Source: Amoebophrya sp. A120
Taxonomy: Eukaryota; Protista; Dinoflagellata
Reading direction: 5' to 3'
Assembly (NCBI GenBank): GCA_905178155.1
Contig: CAJINV010000003.1
Coordinates: 8,724,179 to 8,788,178 of the forward strand
DNA: 64,000 nt
Every line of letters begins with the position of its first letter. Positions within the stretch are counted from its first letter, which is position 1. Position numbers and translations under genes: made by a program. The notes under the pieces were generated by a model. It worked only from the letters and a program-made list of their open reading frames with translations, searched no databases and had not been told where the DNA came from. Below are positions 1-11,708 of the stretch, in pieces.

Positions 1-740
1 TCGCTCCCAGAAGTGCGAAAGGCTAGTAATGCGCAGTTTCCTAGATGACCTTTTGTCTACTTCTTGCACCAGAGACCTAGGACCAATTTTTTTGCTCCGG
101 ATTTTAGGCTTGCAGGGCACGACCACAAGCACGACCTCTTAAGTGAATGGCAAGTCGAAAAAATGTTGCTGGGACTTTGTAAAGCGCAGCACATGCACAT
201 CTTTGTTACTCTGGATTGCAAATTTGTCTTTGTGCTGCTGGTATGTCCAAAATGTGGAGTGTTTCAACTGAAAAATTTTCATCTGGCATCGCAAGCACTT
301 CCGCTTTCTTGCGTTGAGGTAGGCGCACTTTTCGACATGATAAAACACTCCTCAACAGCACTAAGCAGGTCATAGTCATAAAGTGTGCAGAAGCACGTGC
401 AGCTTGTTGCAGGAGAGAGCTTACTACATCAAAATCAACTGTAGGTGTCGCCGTAGACGTAGTGCTTGTGGTCCTTGTTTTCTGTAGAGTTGCGGCAGGT
501 TAATGTAGTGGCAAGACTCGCACGTTGTTGTCATGTCAGGAAAAGTCAAAGCGTCGCGCTCGCGCCATGCATACATGTACTATGCCGACCTTTTTACCTA
601 GAAAAGAAAAGACAAAGAGTAGATGCATTGTAGCGTCCGTCTCTAATCGCGAACGCGGCGACCATGAACAAATGACGGCGGGCATTTTTTTCCTGTGGCA
701 GCGAAAAGCGTCGTGGTCGAAAGTGTTTTCATCACCATAG

Positions 741-2741
741 GCCAGAAACATGACTCAGCAGCGGAAGAATCGTGGTTCCCGCGTGCCCTCCGATGACCGG
801 CACGTCACACGAATTCACGTCGACTTTCAGTTTCTCTGCGACGAAAGTGTTGGCCCGAGTGACATCCAGAGTTGTCACGCCGAAAAGTCGCCGCTTATCG
901 TAACAGCCTGTGATGTTGTAGTTGCAGCATATTTCAATATGCTCTGCGGAGGACCAAGATGAACAGGATAACTTTATACGAAAAATCGAAGCAATGCCAC
1001 GAGTGTGGGCTTTCAATCAACGTCCTGTGGTGTATCGTCTATCGTGCGGCTTTCTGATTTACAAGCAGGCTGCTAAAGTTCATAGATGACAATCATACGC
1101 AGGCACCGATCTTAGAAACAAATGCAACACTACGCCGAGCATCGATTCTGAGAAGTACGAAAAATCTTGGAACCTGCGCTAGCGCTAGCGTCGCGCTTTA
1201 TAAATATCACTGCTGTACTAGTTGCCTATTCTTCCAACTTTCACTTTTTGTATTCGGCGAAGGCAGCGACTTATTTATGAAACAGTGAAGGAGTCGTGCA
1301 AAAATTCAGAAATTATCAAATGATATAAGGCTTACGACGTACCGTGTTTCGCAAGAACCGCTTTCCAGATCGGCACCATGGAGTTCACGGGATTTGAGAT
1401 GACACAGAACATTGCGCTCGGACAGTTTTTTGCGCAGGCGGTGGCAATATATCGCGGAAAAAAAATAAAGCGTAGCAAAAATACAAACAAAATGGTGAAG
1501 AAGATCATGCGTGGCAAAGGCAAACGCATATGAATGCCTTGCCCCCGACATGATTACATAAGACAACCACAATAAATGCTACGCGCTAGTTTTTTTTCAT
1601 TCTGATACGAGATCCGCGTTGATGCCAGCGTTTATCTTGAACAAATCGTCCCGGGTCATTCCGGGCTTCCGCGGTACCCCAGCAGGCACGACCACAACAT
1701 CTGCGCCCCGCAAGGCAGCGTCAAGCTCTCCCTTTTTGTAGCCACCGACAACTTGACATGGAGTGGAAATGTGACTGATATCCACCGCGACTCCTGCTAC
1801 CACCGGCGCCACGTCGTAGAGGCTAAGCTCGTCGATGTTTGGATCCTGCTTCAGCAGCAGAGCTAGCGGCTGCCCGATCCCACCCGCGGCACCGCACACC
1901 ATTGCATCCATGCAAAAAAATGATCCCGGACAGTTGGAAAAGCAAAAATAAAACTCCCCCGCCCTAGTATCGCTTTCCTTTTTACTCATTTTTTTTTTTT
2001 TTACAAGGGCATTCCCTGCATAAGCATACATCACTTTCGTACTTTGTGTTGATGTTCAATCATTTTATTGTCTCAGTGTCAGTTTCTGCACAACTACATC
2101 AAAATATAATATTTTGTATGTTGGCAGCAACTTTTCATCTTCCGGCTGGGATTTAGTCGTTGTTCGGATAAACAGCTTTGACTTTCTTCCCACCGTTCCC
2201 ATTACCGCCGGGCGCCCACGTGGTAGACGTCGGATATCAGATGCAAATGCATTGTCGCCACAACGAACTTCATTGCAGAGCGGAATGAATGCGTATTGGA
2301 CACGACTATATGCTTTTGAAATACACCTCCACCTCCTTCTGGCGCTGCCTACATACGAAATTCGAAACATCGATTTTCATGTCAGAAGCTGTGCAGATAC
2401 AACAAAGAGCTGCGGCTACCGCGGATGTTCATTCATTAGCCTAGAGGGACGATCAACCAATCCTAATGCAACAATATCAGGAGGAGGTGGGAGATAAGCA
2501 GGACATAGTCATGCAAATGAGACACGCCCCGCCTGCTTCCTCTAGGTGCTAGAACATGATGCTTCATGCCAACAAATAATTGGTTCGTGAATCTCAGGAG
2601 CACGCTGATAGTACAATATTTCGTCGCACCGTGAATGAAAAGTGCTGTAATTTTTACGTGGCGAGGCCGCGAATTTCTTGCGATTGATATCGAGGATCCA
2701 CCACCGACGACATGACCCGCCACCGCGTTAAGGCGCTTCAT
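741..2741 (-). CDS. MDH: NAD-dependent malate dehydrogenase with N-terminal PTS2-like signal (3' exons not resolved, probably beyond window start)
   Basis: Exons ~2741-2691, 2230-2172, 1900-1609, 1445-1343, 907-~741. Spliced: [11 protein letters not shown]...[18 protein letters not shown]...[16 protein letters not shown]...ISNPVNS...[10 protein letters not shown]...[15 protein letters not shown]. Three TIR introns plus one GT-AG intron (908-1342). Confidence 0.93.
1450..1607. mobile_element. TIR introner in MDH
   Basis: TIRs TATCgcggaaaaaaaataaagcgtagca / TATCagaatgaaaaaaaactagcgcgtagca; diverged TSD caata/cgaga (+ strand); removal restores [13 protein letters not shown] with correct MDH spacing. 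Confidence 0.85.
1905..2170. mobile_element. TIR introner in MDH (degenerate)
   Basis: Ends CATCcatgcaa..atcccgg / TATCcgaacaa..atcccag; TSD cattg/aacag; removal gives KVKAV-VCGAAGG. Confidence 0.7.
2235..2689. mobile_element. TIR introner in MDH
   Basis: TIRs TATCagatgcaa / TATCaatcgcaa; TSD tcgga/tcgag; removal joins the [11 protein letters not shown] exon in frame. Confidence 0.7.
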
Positions 2742-3023
2742 CTCTTTCGTGTAAAAAGCCTCAGGAGCTCTATGTAAAATTATAAGAAGATCTCGAACGA
2801 AGGAGCGCAGCTGCTCAGAAGTAGAAGTACTACTTGCTACCTGCGTGTGCCTTACTTTTTTGCTTGGTTCGAAATGAATTGCCGACCTAGTAGCTGATCT
2901 CGGCACAGCAACTATGAAATATGGGAATTCGAGCGAAGAAACGAAAAGAGAACTCAGCTTGATAGTTTTCGTATGAGTCTCAATATCCTCTATTTACTGC
3001 AGCTACAGTTAAAAACGAAATAG

Positions 3024-3848
3024 TTACCGCGGACTTCTCATATGCGGAATACGAAGACAGAGGGGTGAAAGTCTCCTGCTGTGCCGGTCGTGACATGTCA
3101 TATTATCTTGTACCGAGAACACCGAGCTGTAAAAATTATAGCTATAAATCCATATCGTATAAATCGCAGCAATCCGCTTTGAGCTGCAGCGCATGCCAAA
3201 CATGTAGTAAGCAGTTGTAGCGCTAGCACTTACAACAGTTCCCAGAATCTGTGACGGAAGATCCCGCAGCGTCCAGGTGGACTGGAGATGTTCACCGACA
3301 CCTAAAATACACGCAACTCTGCTGGCAATCACCCGCGGCATAACACTCCACCGACAGAAAGTGCGGTCCTCCCGATCGAAAGAATATTCTATACGGAACG
3401 ACCTTGGGATCGGGATGGAGTACGTTTGCTAATTATTGAATTTCCTATGTAGATGTACTATTTCTTGTTCTTTTATTTCTTGTTCTTGGCACTTTTGTCT
3501 GTTGCGAAAAAAAATCGCAGGTAACCGACATTATTGGAGCTAAGCAACAGACGACATGAGCACGTTCTCCTGTTCGGTTATTTATATTTCTTATCCGACT
3601 CTTTCTCTTTGTTCAAAAGATGTCTGGGCATCAAAAACGACGACCATTTTGAGCAGATGACCGAGCAAAAAATAACTACTGCAGAACATATACGATGAAT
3701 AAAGTCTGAAGATAACCGATAGCTGCCAGTTGGCCTCTCTGCACGTCGTAAAAAAAGGTATTGCCAAGAAGTAGAACGCGATATAGTAATCTATCTCCCG
3801 AGGGTATACACCTGCTGCCCATGTTGCATTCAGCACAAAAAGCGACAT
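3024..3848 (-). CDS. possible multi-exon membrane protein, function unknown
   Basis: Two hydrophobic minus-strand ORF segments (3591-3848, 3024-3341) with a plausible ttttag acceptor near 3302; splicing not resolved. Confidence 0.25.
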
Positions 3849-4902
3849 GCTCTGGTGCGCATGGCAATGGCTACCCGCGACTGCTCCACCAATACGTGCA
3901 GATACAAATTCCTAGTGGTGCTGTCCTCTTCTTGTACACTGCTGGGGGTGGGCAGTCATTCTCAATCCTGCTGGTGGCAACATCTGCATCTAGTTGATCT
4001 ACTTACAACTACTTCGGCACTGTTTTTCGCAGCACCGCACGCTTCTGAGCGCTGATCTGTATCATACATTCTTTTTGGTCTTAAGGTTACTTTTCACGGA
4101 AATCCATGTGGCACGGTCTGCCTCGCATGCGCTTGTTCTGAGTCTGCGAATCATCGCCAGCATCACTGGGCCAGGATCCTCCTTCGGCTGCTGTGTGCTA
4201 TTCCGTCCTCCAGCTCACAGCCACGACGCGCGCACTCCTCAGCCTGACGTGCGCAAATTGGGGGCAATTTGTCTCTTCTAGGAATTTACTTCAAATATTT
4301 TTTCTGTCTTCCACCCTAAAGCGCCACCAGCACTGCGTACAGGACCTTGAGTACTTAGATTCGTGAAAAATGTGGAGCGGAAGCGAGGCTCGTCTAGACC
4401 GGATCTACATCTGAGTACATGCGGGGGCGCTGCTCGTACAAAAACTATTAAATGCAGTGGTTTGTACAAGTAAAAAGCTGCGCACTTCTTGGGTCATAGC
4501 GATAGAAGATTTACATTTGTATACATTCTATTTGGATGGTGAGGTAATGCTAGCGCTCTAGGATGTCAAGGAGATGAAGAATGAATAGACTGTCGCTCTC
4601 CTAGTCCTACTTGCAGACACACATAATAAATAAAGTACTGCTCCAGTCGTGTGTATCTTTTTGCATAGTTCCGATACATGCACAACTTTCCTACTGTGCT
4701 GTGCACCTCCTTGCTACTTTTTCTTTTGGTATGCTCGCTACACTCTTGCTTGACGTTTGCTGGTGACTTCTTGTTTACTTTCTTTGTTACATTTGCATTT
4801 TTTTATTTTTTGATAGAGTTTCTAATAGGTTGATGTATCCAGTCGATTCATTCAGTTACGGTGGTGCTGGCTCGTAGTTCCCGCTACCAGCACACGCAGC
4901 AA

Positions 4903-7900
4903 CTAGACACTCTCATGTTCCTCGTCGTCCCACCGAGCCGATGCTGCTAAGGATGCGGCTACCGGTGAGGGAGTCTCGGCTAGAGTCGTACCAAAGAGTC
5001 CGGATATCATGCTTCCCACGGCACTTGACAGATGATCCCATTGGGCTGACCTCTCGCTGTTCATTTTCTGGTTCGTCCGTTTCTGATTCTTCTTTTTCTC
5101 CATGCCACAACTATGGGCGCCGGTCAACGTCGGCAATGGTTTCTGCATCGAAGCAATTGCCTCGGACTCGGAGTGGAAGGCGGTGTCAACAGGAGCGACA
5201 GTTTTGCTTATGTCGACGACGTCACTTGTTTGGTTCACTTGATGTTTTCGACTTCCCATCAAATGAGAAGAGGAGCTGCAAACAGCTTTGCTTCCAGGTC
5301 CGCCGGTGCTCTGGCTGGACTTATTGCTAATCTGGTCGTACTGGTGTTGCGCAGTAGTTGTGCTACTAGCGTTCCGAAGATACAGACTTGCGAGTTTATG
5401 TTCGGTGGCCGTTGTAATAGCTGTTGTGGACGATAGTAATTTATCATTCGAATTCGTGTAAGGATCCACGACCGCCCCGCCCAACTTGTTTTCCAACCGT
5501 GCTTGATCTTGTTTTTCGTCAGTATGAAGAGCATTTTCATCATCCTCGTAGAAGCTTCTATACCCATCGTCCGCGTTGTACTTTGCGTGTCGAGTGTCAG
5601 GGGGCACGGTGCTTCTGTAGTGGTGGTAGTAGCTACCGTAGTCGTACTCCTCTTGGAGGTAGTAGCTTCCGTAGTCGTTGTACTCTTCTTTGTGATAGTC
5701 TGGGTTGTAATTTTGGGAGCTCTCCTCTTTGTGATAATATGCGTGCAACTTATCGCGAGAGGAGTCGCTGGAGGAAGCTTGTGCAGTAGAGCAGTCATTG
5801 TAAAAACCGGCCACGTCCTCGTGCTGGTGGTTTATTGCGTCGTTCCAGTAGAAATATTGCTCCTCGTCCTCGTAAGAGTACCAGTACGGCTCCTCCTGTG
5901 CAGGTGCCTCATTCAACGTCACTGAGTGCTGCAGAGCATTTAGATTTTGACTTTCACCGTGGTACACCAGGAATGCACTACCATCATCGACGCCGGGGGT
6001 CAGCTTGTTCGAGTGATCTCGTACTTCTTGTCGTCGAGCGACACCAACTCCAACATCACATCGGGCAGCACGCAGTACATCACTTGCGGCTGTCGTAGTT
6101 GTTTCGGTTTCCCCGGTAGAAGTTGGTATTTCTTCTTCTTGTAGTTGTGCTTCTTGATCTTGGGGACATGTTGTTGACTTGCCACCATTCTCTTGCATCA
6201 TCGCGGCTAGGTCGTTCGTCAGCCCTTCCATGGAACACGACAAAGCATGCATGGACCGCACGAACTCAACCCGATCATCATCGACAGTCTGCTGCTCGAG
6301 GATGATATTGATCTTCTCAGCCTCGTTTTCAGGAAGGTGGTCCTGAGCACACCGATTGTCCACTTCTCCAGGCAGGTCTTCGCCTTGTCCTTGTTCTGCA
6401 GTGGGTCTTTCGCGTTCTTTTAGCTCAGCCAGTTCGTTTCCTTGTTCTTCGTCGGGCATTCCGGTTATTCTGCTGTCATGCGGTAGCTGTGCCACTTCGA
6501 CTTCCCCACCGCGCTGCACCTTCACTCCGCCCGCCTCACCGTCTGGGTCGGCCGCAGCTGCTCCTGCAGCTGCACCTCCGGCAGGTATAATTTTATATCT
6601 GTCGATACTCACAGCCAGATCTTCACCTTCATGGGACTCAGCGCCCTTGCTTGGCTCAGATGACGACGCAGAGTGTCTGGCGGAGGCGGATCCGACCACA
6701 CCAGCGGCACTGCTTTGTGACGTCGACATGGTGAGGAGAACCCGATCTGTTTCATCTTCGCGCTCGCTTCCGCCTGTGGAGCACGTTGCGGAGAAGCAGG
6801 TGGCCCTTGATGTCCGATGGCCCGCCGGTCCAATTTCATCGGCACAATTATCCTCCTCGGGGTGCAGCAGCTCGGGCTGCGTGATAGGGAGATGTTGCGA
6901 GGACTGCGACTGCGCCAACACGACGGCACCTGACGACGGACTTCTAGTCGACGAAGAGGAGCAGGCCAACTTCGACGCACACCACATCATTTGTTCCTCC
7001 AGGGCCGCTAGCTGCTGTTCCAGTTGTTCCGTGCAACTACTGCTCGCACTGTCGTTCATGATCAGCGAACTGCTTATTTGCGCATCCCTCTCCGCCGCGC
7101 GTGGTTGCAGCTCAGGAGGTGGCGGGCAACTCTTTTCCTCTGCAAATAATGCAGAGGAGGAACAAGAGGACGTGGCGCTGGCGTCATCTACCTCTGCTCC
7201 TGCTTCAGAAAGAACATTCACAACTGCGGCTCTTCTACCTACGACACTGTCTGCTGGATCATGAACATGATCTTCTCCTTCAGCTCTTACCTCACGGGCT
7301 GTGCTGTCTCTAGCACTGGTGAACTTGGCGCCGGAAAACAACTTCTGAAACCCTTCTGCCAACGGTGCAGCCTTTAACTGGTGCTCCATCTGGTCGACTA
7401 CATCTGCACCTCTGCTCGCTGGCGGTGCTGCCGTCCTCGAGGATTGCACGAGCACTGGTTCTGACATTTTTGCGTGGTCCTCACGATGCTTATGAGGAGC
7501 CAAGCCCTCAGTGGTCGACGACGGCGTCGTCAGCATCCGCTTCTTGTCATCTTCGTCAACGACTACACCGCCTGTCGTAGTTCTGCTGCGCAGCTGGACT
7601 GGCTGAAGGTCGCGCACTCCTGCTTGTCGGGTAGTTGCGGTCTCGAGTTCGGGCTCTCTCTCTGCGGTCGCGGATTCTGTATTGGACAGTTGAAAATTTT
7701 TTGTGCAAGTAGAATCAGTGTCCTCGTCGTCGCGTCCGTCTTCAACATTATTTCCCGCACCACGAGAAACGACCGGGTCCAACATTACATCAGGGTCGGG
7801 GTCCTGCGTTGCGTTACTCGTCTGTGGTCGCACCGCTCCAGCCGACGTAGGACCTCTTTCGTTTTTCAGGCGAGACTCTATTGCGCCGCCAAGTCGTGGC

Positions 7901-10332
7901 GTGAGCAGCCGTGCAGCCTTCTCCTCCTCCAGTGCTTGGACCTGTGCGGCCAGATCCGACAATGCGCTCTCGGCCTCCCGAAGCAAAGCGTCTTTTTGCT
8001 CGCCGCTCCTCTGCATCTCCGACAACTCTAGCGTGTGCCGCCGGATCTCCCGTTCGGCGGAGGCAACCGTCTCCGCGTGCTGGCGCGCGAGCTCAGCGGC
8101 TTCACACTGCAACGATTCACGCTCGAGCGCCCACCGCTGCTCCTCTTCAGCCGAGCTGTCGCGCAGGGCCTGGAGCTGCGCTACGTGGCTCCTCTCGCGG
8201 CTGTCCAACTGGGCCAAAGCCACACCCAACTCCTGTGCCTGGAGCCGCCGGTCGCCCTCTTCGGCAACCAGCTTCGCCTTAACGGCCTCAAGCTCCTCCG
8301 TCGCCTGCGCTAGCAGTACTTTGTGCGACACGACCACGGCTTCGCAGGCTTCTGTGCCGGCGCGCCGTCCGTCCTCGGTGGCTTGTTCGATGCGCCGCTC
8401 ACACTCAGCGAGCATTCGGTCAAGCTCCTGTCGCGTACTTGCGTTCTCCTCGCGGAGACGCTGCGTCTCGGCATCAACAGTGGCCGTGTGATGTTTCGAC
8501 GGTCTCACAGCATGTTTATTGCTTTCACCTCTTGACGAGGAGCGACGCCCCTCTTGGCGCGTGATTTCGCCTCTGGCCTGTTTGTCGACCTCGTCCTCGT
8601 GCTGATCGTCGCTGCAGCAGGGTAGAAGATCTAGCCCACTCAACGCTGGAAGTTGTTTCTCTTCTTTCGTACAACTTGTAATTTGGTCAGGGTCCCCTTC
8701 ACCTTCTGCGACACCAACAGGTGGAACAGCTATTCCTATTGCTCCCGAACAAACTTTTCCCCGTGATCCTTGCAGTTTGGCCCCTCGGTCGTGGTCACCT
8801 CTCGTCTCGCTGAAGCGATGGCGAAGCAGCGTCGCCAGCTGCTGCTGTGTTTCCGCCTCGCGGAGCTGACTTTCAAACACCTTCGCCGCCAGTTCGGTGC
8901 TACGGGTCTCTGCTTTCCTGGCGGCGTCCTCCAATTCGCGGATCACGGACACAGCCTCCGTCAACTGGCTTTCTGCCTGCGCCTTGAAAGCGTCCACGAG
9001 GTCGGCCAAGAGGCGCCTGCGTTCCTCCTTCAATGTGCATATTTGATCTTCCGTTCTTTGCAGGCGGTTCTGGTGTCGCCGCACAAACGTCAGCTCCTCA
9101 TCCTCCAATTGTCCGCAATACTGCAACTGCTGAGGCGCTGCAAGACCGGAAACTACAGACTCTGTTTGTTCTTCAAGTTCATGTTCTACTGGCAGCTCCT
9201 GCTCCCACCGCTCCTGCAGCCACCGCTCAACAGCTGCAGACCTGGCACCATCCTGATCTTTTTCTTCGCTGCAAAAATCCATTGGGGCGGCTTCTTTTAC
9301 GTTGTACAAGGCCTTGGCAGAAATGTGCAAGTCGAAGCTTGCTTCTAGTCGTCCCTGACCTTCTGCTACTCGTCGAGCAGCTGCAGCAGGTAGGCAGTCG
9401 TGTGAAGATACAGCAGCAGTGTCTTCACGTTCACAGCTGATGGTGGTGGCGGTGCTCGCGGGTGGTGCAGTCAATTCGTCCGCTGCGGATGAGGCTTCAA
9501 GACACAGAATCTGGCGGAGCCGATTAACTTCGTTCTGCAGATCTCGCATTTCGGATTCGCGGCTGCACAAATAAATCATACGAGTGCAACTGGGATTTTT
9601 CTGAAAGGGAAGGCGAACCAGATCTCCTGTCGTGGCAATTGACGCGCCATCTCCGGCTGAAGTAGAGGACTTCGGCTGCAAGTGGAAACTACGGTCACGC
9701 CCTCCCAAACCCGCGCTACTGCTGACCTCCGCCAGCACAGGTTCATCTTTCACAACAGATGAATTGCATTCCGTTTCCTCGTCAGTAGGATGTACGGCCG
9801 CCAAAGAAGACGTCGACGCCGATGTGCTCCCGTTGGCGGCCACATCGTGATCACAATCCCTCGGTTCGTGCAAAGCTGGCGCGGTCCACCTGCACGGAGA
9901 CTCAGAAGACGCACCGCCGTCAACTGCCGCTAAGCCGTTGGAGTTGCGCCGGCAGTGCAAATCGAACAACTCACACTCAAGTGTTTCATGGTACTCTTCG
10001 GCGTTCTGCAGGTTGTGACGAAGGGCGCGATTCTCCTGGTTCAGTTCGTGAAATAGATTCTGCAGACCCGCAAAAACATGCGCCCAGCTGGCGTCCAGCT
10101 CTTCGGGTGCTGCTCCCGGGGAGTCTGCCGCAGATGCAGATGGTGCTTTTTTTCCGCTAAAAGAACGCACCTGCTCCCATAACTTCTGCAGCTGCAACCC
10201 AAGACGGTCAAACTCCTCAATGCAGGAGGCTCTGGTGGCCACTGATACTGGTGGTGGAACTATGTCGCTCACTTCTCTTTTTCTCGGTGCGGCTATTGGT
10301 GATCGAGGTACAGCTGATTGTGATCCTGGTGC
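4903..10332 (-). CDS. large terminal exon (~1810 aa) of a low-complexity/coiled-coil protein
   Basis: 5.4-kb stop-free frame preceded by a ttttgcag acceptor (10333-10340); E/Q/A/L-rich coiled-coil segments, S/T-rich linkers and a Tyr-rich patch near the C-terminus; no recognisable domain. Confidence 0.8.
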   Translation of the reverse strand, partial: APGSQSAVPRSPIAAPRKREVSDIVPPPVSVATRASCIEEFDRLGLQLQKLWEQVRSFSGKKAPSASAADSPGAAPEELDASWAHVFAGLQNLFHELNQENRALRHNLQNAEEYHETLECELFDLHCRRNSNGLAAVDGGASSESPCRWTAPALHEPRDCDHDVAANGSTSASTSSLAAVHPTDEETECNSSVVKDEPVLAEVSSSAGLGGRDRSFHLQPKSSTSAGDGASIATTGDLVRLPFQKNPSCTRMIYLCSRESEMRDLQNEVNRLRQILCLEASSAADELTAPPASTATTISCEREDTAAVSSHDCLPAAAARRVAEGQGRLEASFDLHISAKALYNVKEAAPMDFCSEEKDQDGARSAAVERWLQERWEQELPVEHELEEQTESVVSGLAAPQQLQYCGQLEDEELTFVRRHQNRLQRTEDQICTLKEERRRLLADLVDAFKAQAESQLTEAVSVIRELEDAARKAETRSTELAAKVFESQLREAETQQQLATLLRHRFSETRGDHDRGAKLQGSRGKVCSGAIGIAVPPVGVAEGEGDPDQITSCTKEEKQLPALSGLDLLPCCSDDQHEDEVDKQARGEITRQEGRRSSSRGESNKHAVRPSKHHTATVDAETQRLREENASTRQELDRMLAECERRIEQATEDGRRAGTEACEAVVVSHKVLLAQATEELEAVKAKLVAEEGDRRLQAQELGVALAQLDSRERSHVAQLQALRDSSAEEEQRWALERESLQCEAAELARQHAETVASAEREIRRHTLELSEMQRSGEQKDALLREAESALSDLAAQVQALEEEKAARLLTPRLGGAIESRLKNERGPTSAGAVRPQTSNATQDPDPDVMLDPVVSRGAGNNVEDGRDDEDTDSTCTKNFQLSNTESATAEREPELETATTRQAGVRDLQPVQLRSRTTTGGVVVDEDDKKRMLTTPSSTTEGLAPHKHREDHAKMSEPVLVQSSRTAAPPASRGADVVDQMEHQLKAAPLAEGFQKLFSGAKFTSARDSTAREVRAEGEDHVHDPADSVVGRRAAVVNVLSEAGAEVDDASATSSCSSSALFAEEKSCPPPPELQPRAAERDAQISSSLIMNDSASSSCTEQLEQQLAALEEQMMWCASKLACSSSSTRSPSSGAVVLAQSQSSQHLPITQPELLHPEEDNCADEIGPAGHRTSRATCFSATCSTGGSEREDETDRVLLTMSTSQSSAAGVVGSASARHSASSSEPSKGAESHEGEDLAVSIDRYKIIPAGGAAAGAAAADPDGEAGGVKVQRGGEVEVAQLPHDSRITGMPDEEQGNELAELKERERPTAEQGQGEDLPGEVDNRCAQDHLPENEAEKINIILEQQTVDDDRVEFVRSMHALSCSMEGLTNDLAAMMQENGGKSTTCPQDQEAQLQEEEIPTSTGETETTTTAASDVLRAARCDVGVGVARRQEVRDHSNKLTPGVDDGSAFLVYHGESQNLNALQHSVTLNEAPAQEEPYWYSYEDEEQYFYWNDAINHQHEDVAGFYNDCSTAQASSSDSSRDKLHAYYHKEESSQNYNPDYHKEEYNDYGSYYLQEEYDYGSYYHHYRSTVPPDTRHAKYNADDGYRSFYEDDENALHTDEKQDQARLENKLGGAVVDPYTNSNDKLLSSTTAITTATEHKLASLYLRNASSTTTAQHQYDQISNKSSQSTGGPGSKAVCSSSSHLMGSRKHQVNQTSDVVDISKTVAPVDTAFHSESEAIASMQKPLPTLTGAHSCGMEKKKNQKRTNQKMNSERSAQWDHLSSAVGSMISGLFGTTLAETPSPVAASLAASARWDDEEHESV

Positions 10333-11081
10333 CTGCAAAATTCAAATGGATTCATGGTTGGAAAAATTATCATTGAAGATTGAAAAAAATATTCAAAAAG
10401 CCTCGTATACAACAACTCCGGACTGCTGGCGCCAGGGCATCCCAATTCAAGGCACCAGAACGCAAGAAATTCGGAAACGATCAAAGCGAACGGCCTTCAA
10501 AAAATTAAAATGATGCCTCTCAGGCACAATCAATGCCCTGCAGCTTGAGGAGTCCGAAAGAATGACGGCCTCCGGCCCGGCCTCCGCCACGAGCCGAGAC
10601 AAGCCCGGCCTTGGAAAAATCTTAAAAGTCGACCTGAGGCAGCCATCGTCGATCATGTCGCTCGGTTGATGGCAGAGGATCCCTGAGTGACGGCGCGAGA
10701 GAAGCAAGGCAAAGAAAGGACAATTGTTGATGTGCGCGCTCGCGGTCGCGCTCATCCAGAAACAGAATAAATTAAATATCCCTGCAGACACGTCCTTTAG
10801 TTTGCCGGACATGCGTGACTCTGAGAGCGTCGCGGCTGCTGCAGTCAGTATCACTTACACCTTTCTCACTGCACCATCGTGCTGCGTAATGCTATACACG
10901 ATGGCTCGCTCTGCCTTTAGGCCTAGTCTTAGACATCAGAGTTAATCGTTATCGTTGCCATGGCGTCATCATAAGTCGAATTATTTTATATTTTCATGAG
11001 TTGACCTTGACATTCATGATCTTGATCTTGTGTATAGGCTTGTTTCTAGATTTGATTTCACTTACGGATTCCATTCGCAGG

Positions 11082-11708
11082 TTATTTGCGTGCCAACACG
11101 AAATACGACTTCAGAAGGAGGTGGCAGCTCGAGCTAAACTTATGTGTTCGTTGTACCTGATCCTGTTGCTCGTCTTGTTCGGACGTGGCACCATACTTCC
11201 GGCCTTCGCTCGTCGGCGGCTGGACGATATTTTCCGCATCTTGTATTTCAATTTGTCCTCCGACGATATCATTGCCTTTTGCAGCCTCATCCACATCCTC
11301 CCGTGTATCCGTGCTCTTGCGCACCACTGCAGCACGTCTTCCACTGATCATCCTCCCCTCATGCGTTGCACGTATACGAGCTACTTTTTCTTTCAGAAAG
11401 GTTTCAAAAGCCATCCTCTCATGCTCAAGCTGACAATTGAAAGCCATTCGTTGGGAAGCCAACTCCTGTTCGTGCTGCTTCAAGGTGATAACCGTGCCAA
11501 AATCCTTGGGCGCAGAAGAAGTGGAGTGCGCCTCTGAAGATGATGTTGGTGACACATCACACTTGCTTGCTTGGCCTAGATACGAGCTTCCTCCCCCATG
11601 CGACTCATGGTCCGCGTGCGCGTCATCAACAAGCGACGAGGCGGCTACGGCTTTCTCGTTCTTCGAATCAGTAACCAAACGCAAGCGTGGCATCATGATG
11701 CTCATCAT
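11082..11708 (-). CDS. hypothetical protein exon, possibly the 5' part of the 4903-10332 gene
   Basis: 208-codon ORF with a coiled-coil-like stretch (LKQHEQELASQRMAFNCQLEHERMAFETFLKEKV); link to the downstream exon not resolved. Confidence 0.4.
   Translation of the reverse strand: MMSIMMPRLRLVTDSKNEKAVAASSLVDDAHADHESHGGGSSYLGQASKCDVSPTSSSEAHSTSSAPKDFGTVITLKQHEQELASQRMAFNCQLEHERMAFETFLKEKVARIRATHEGRMISGRRAAVVRKSTDTREDVDEAAKGNDIVGGQIEIQDAENIVQPPTSEGRKYGATSEQDEQQDQVQRTHKFSSSCHLLLKSYFVLARK

Noticed and set aside
2039-2063. MIEHQHK followed by gtacga as the MDH first exon
   Set aside because: It lies inside element 1905-2170 and has no matching AG acceptor; the introner model gives a better N-terminus (KKVKAVVCG plus PTS2-like signal).
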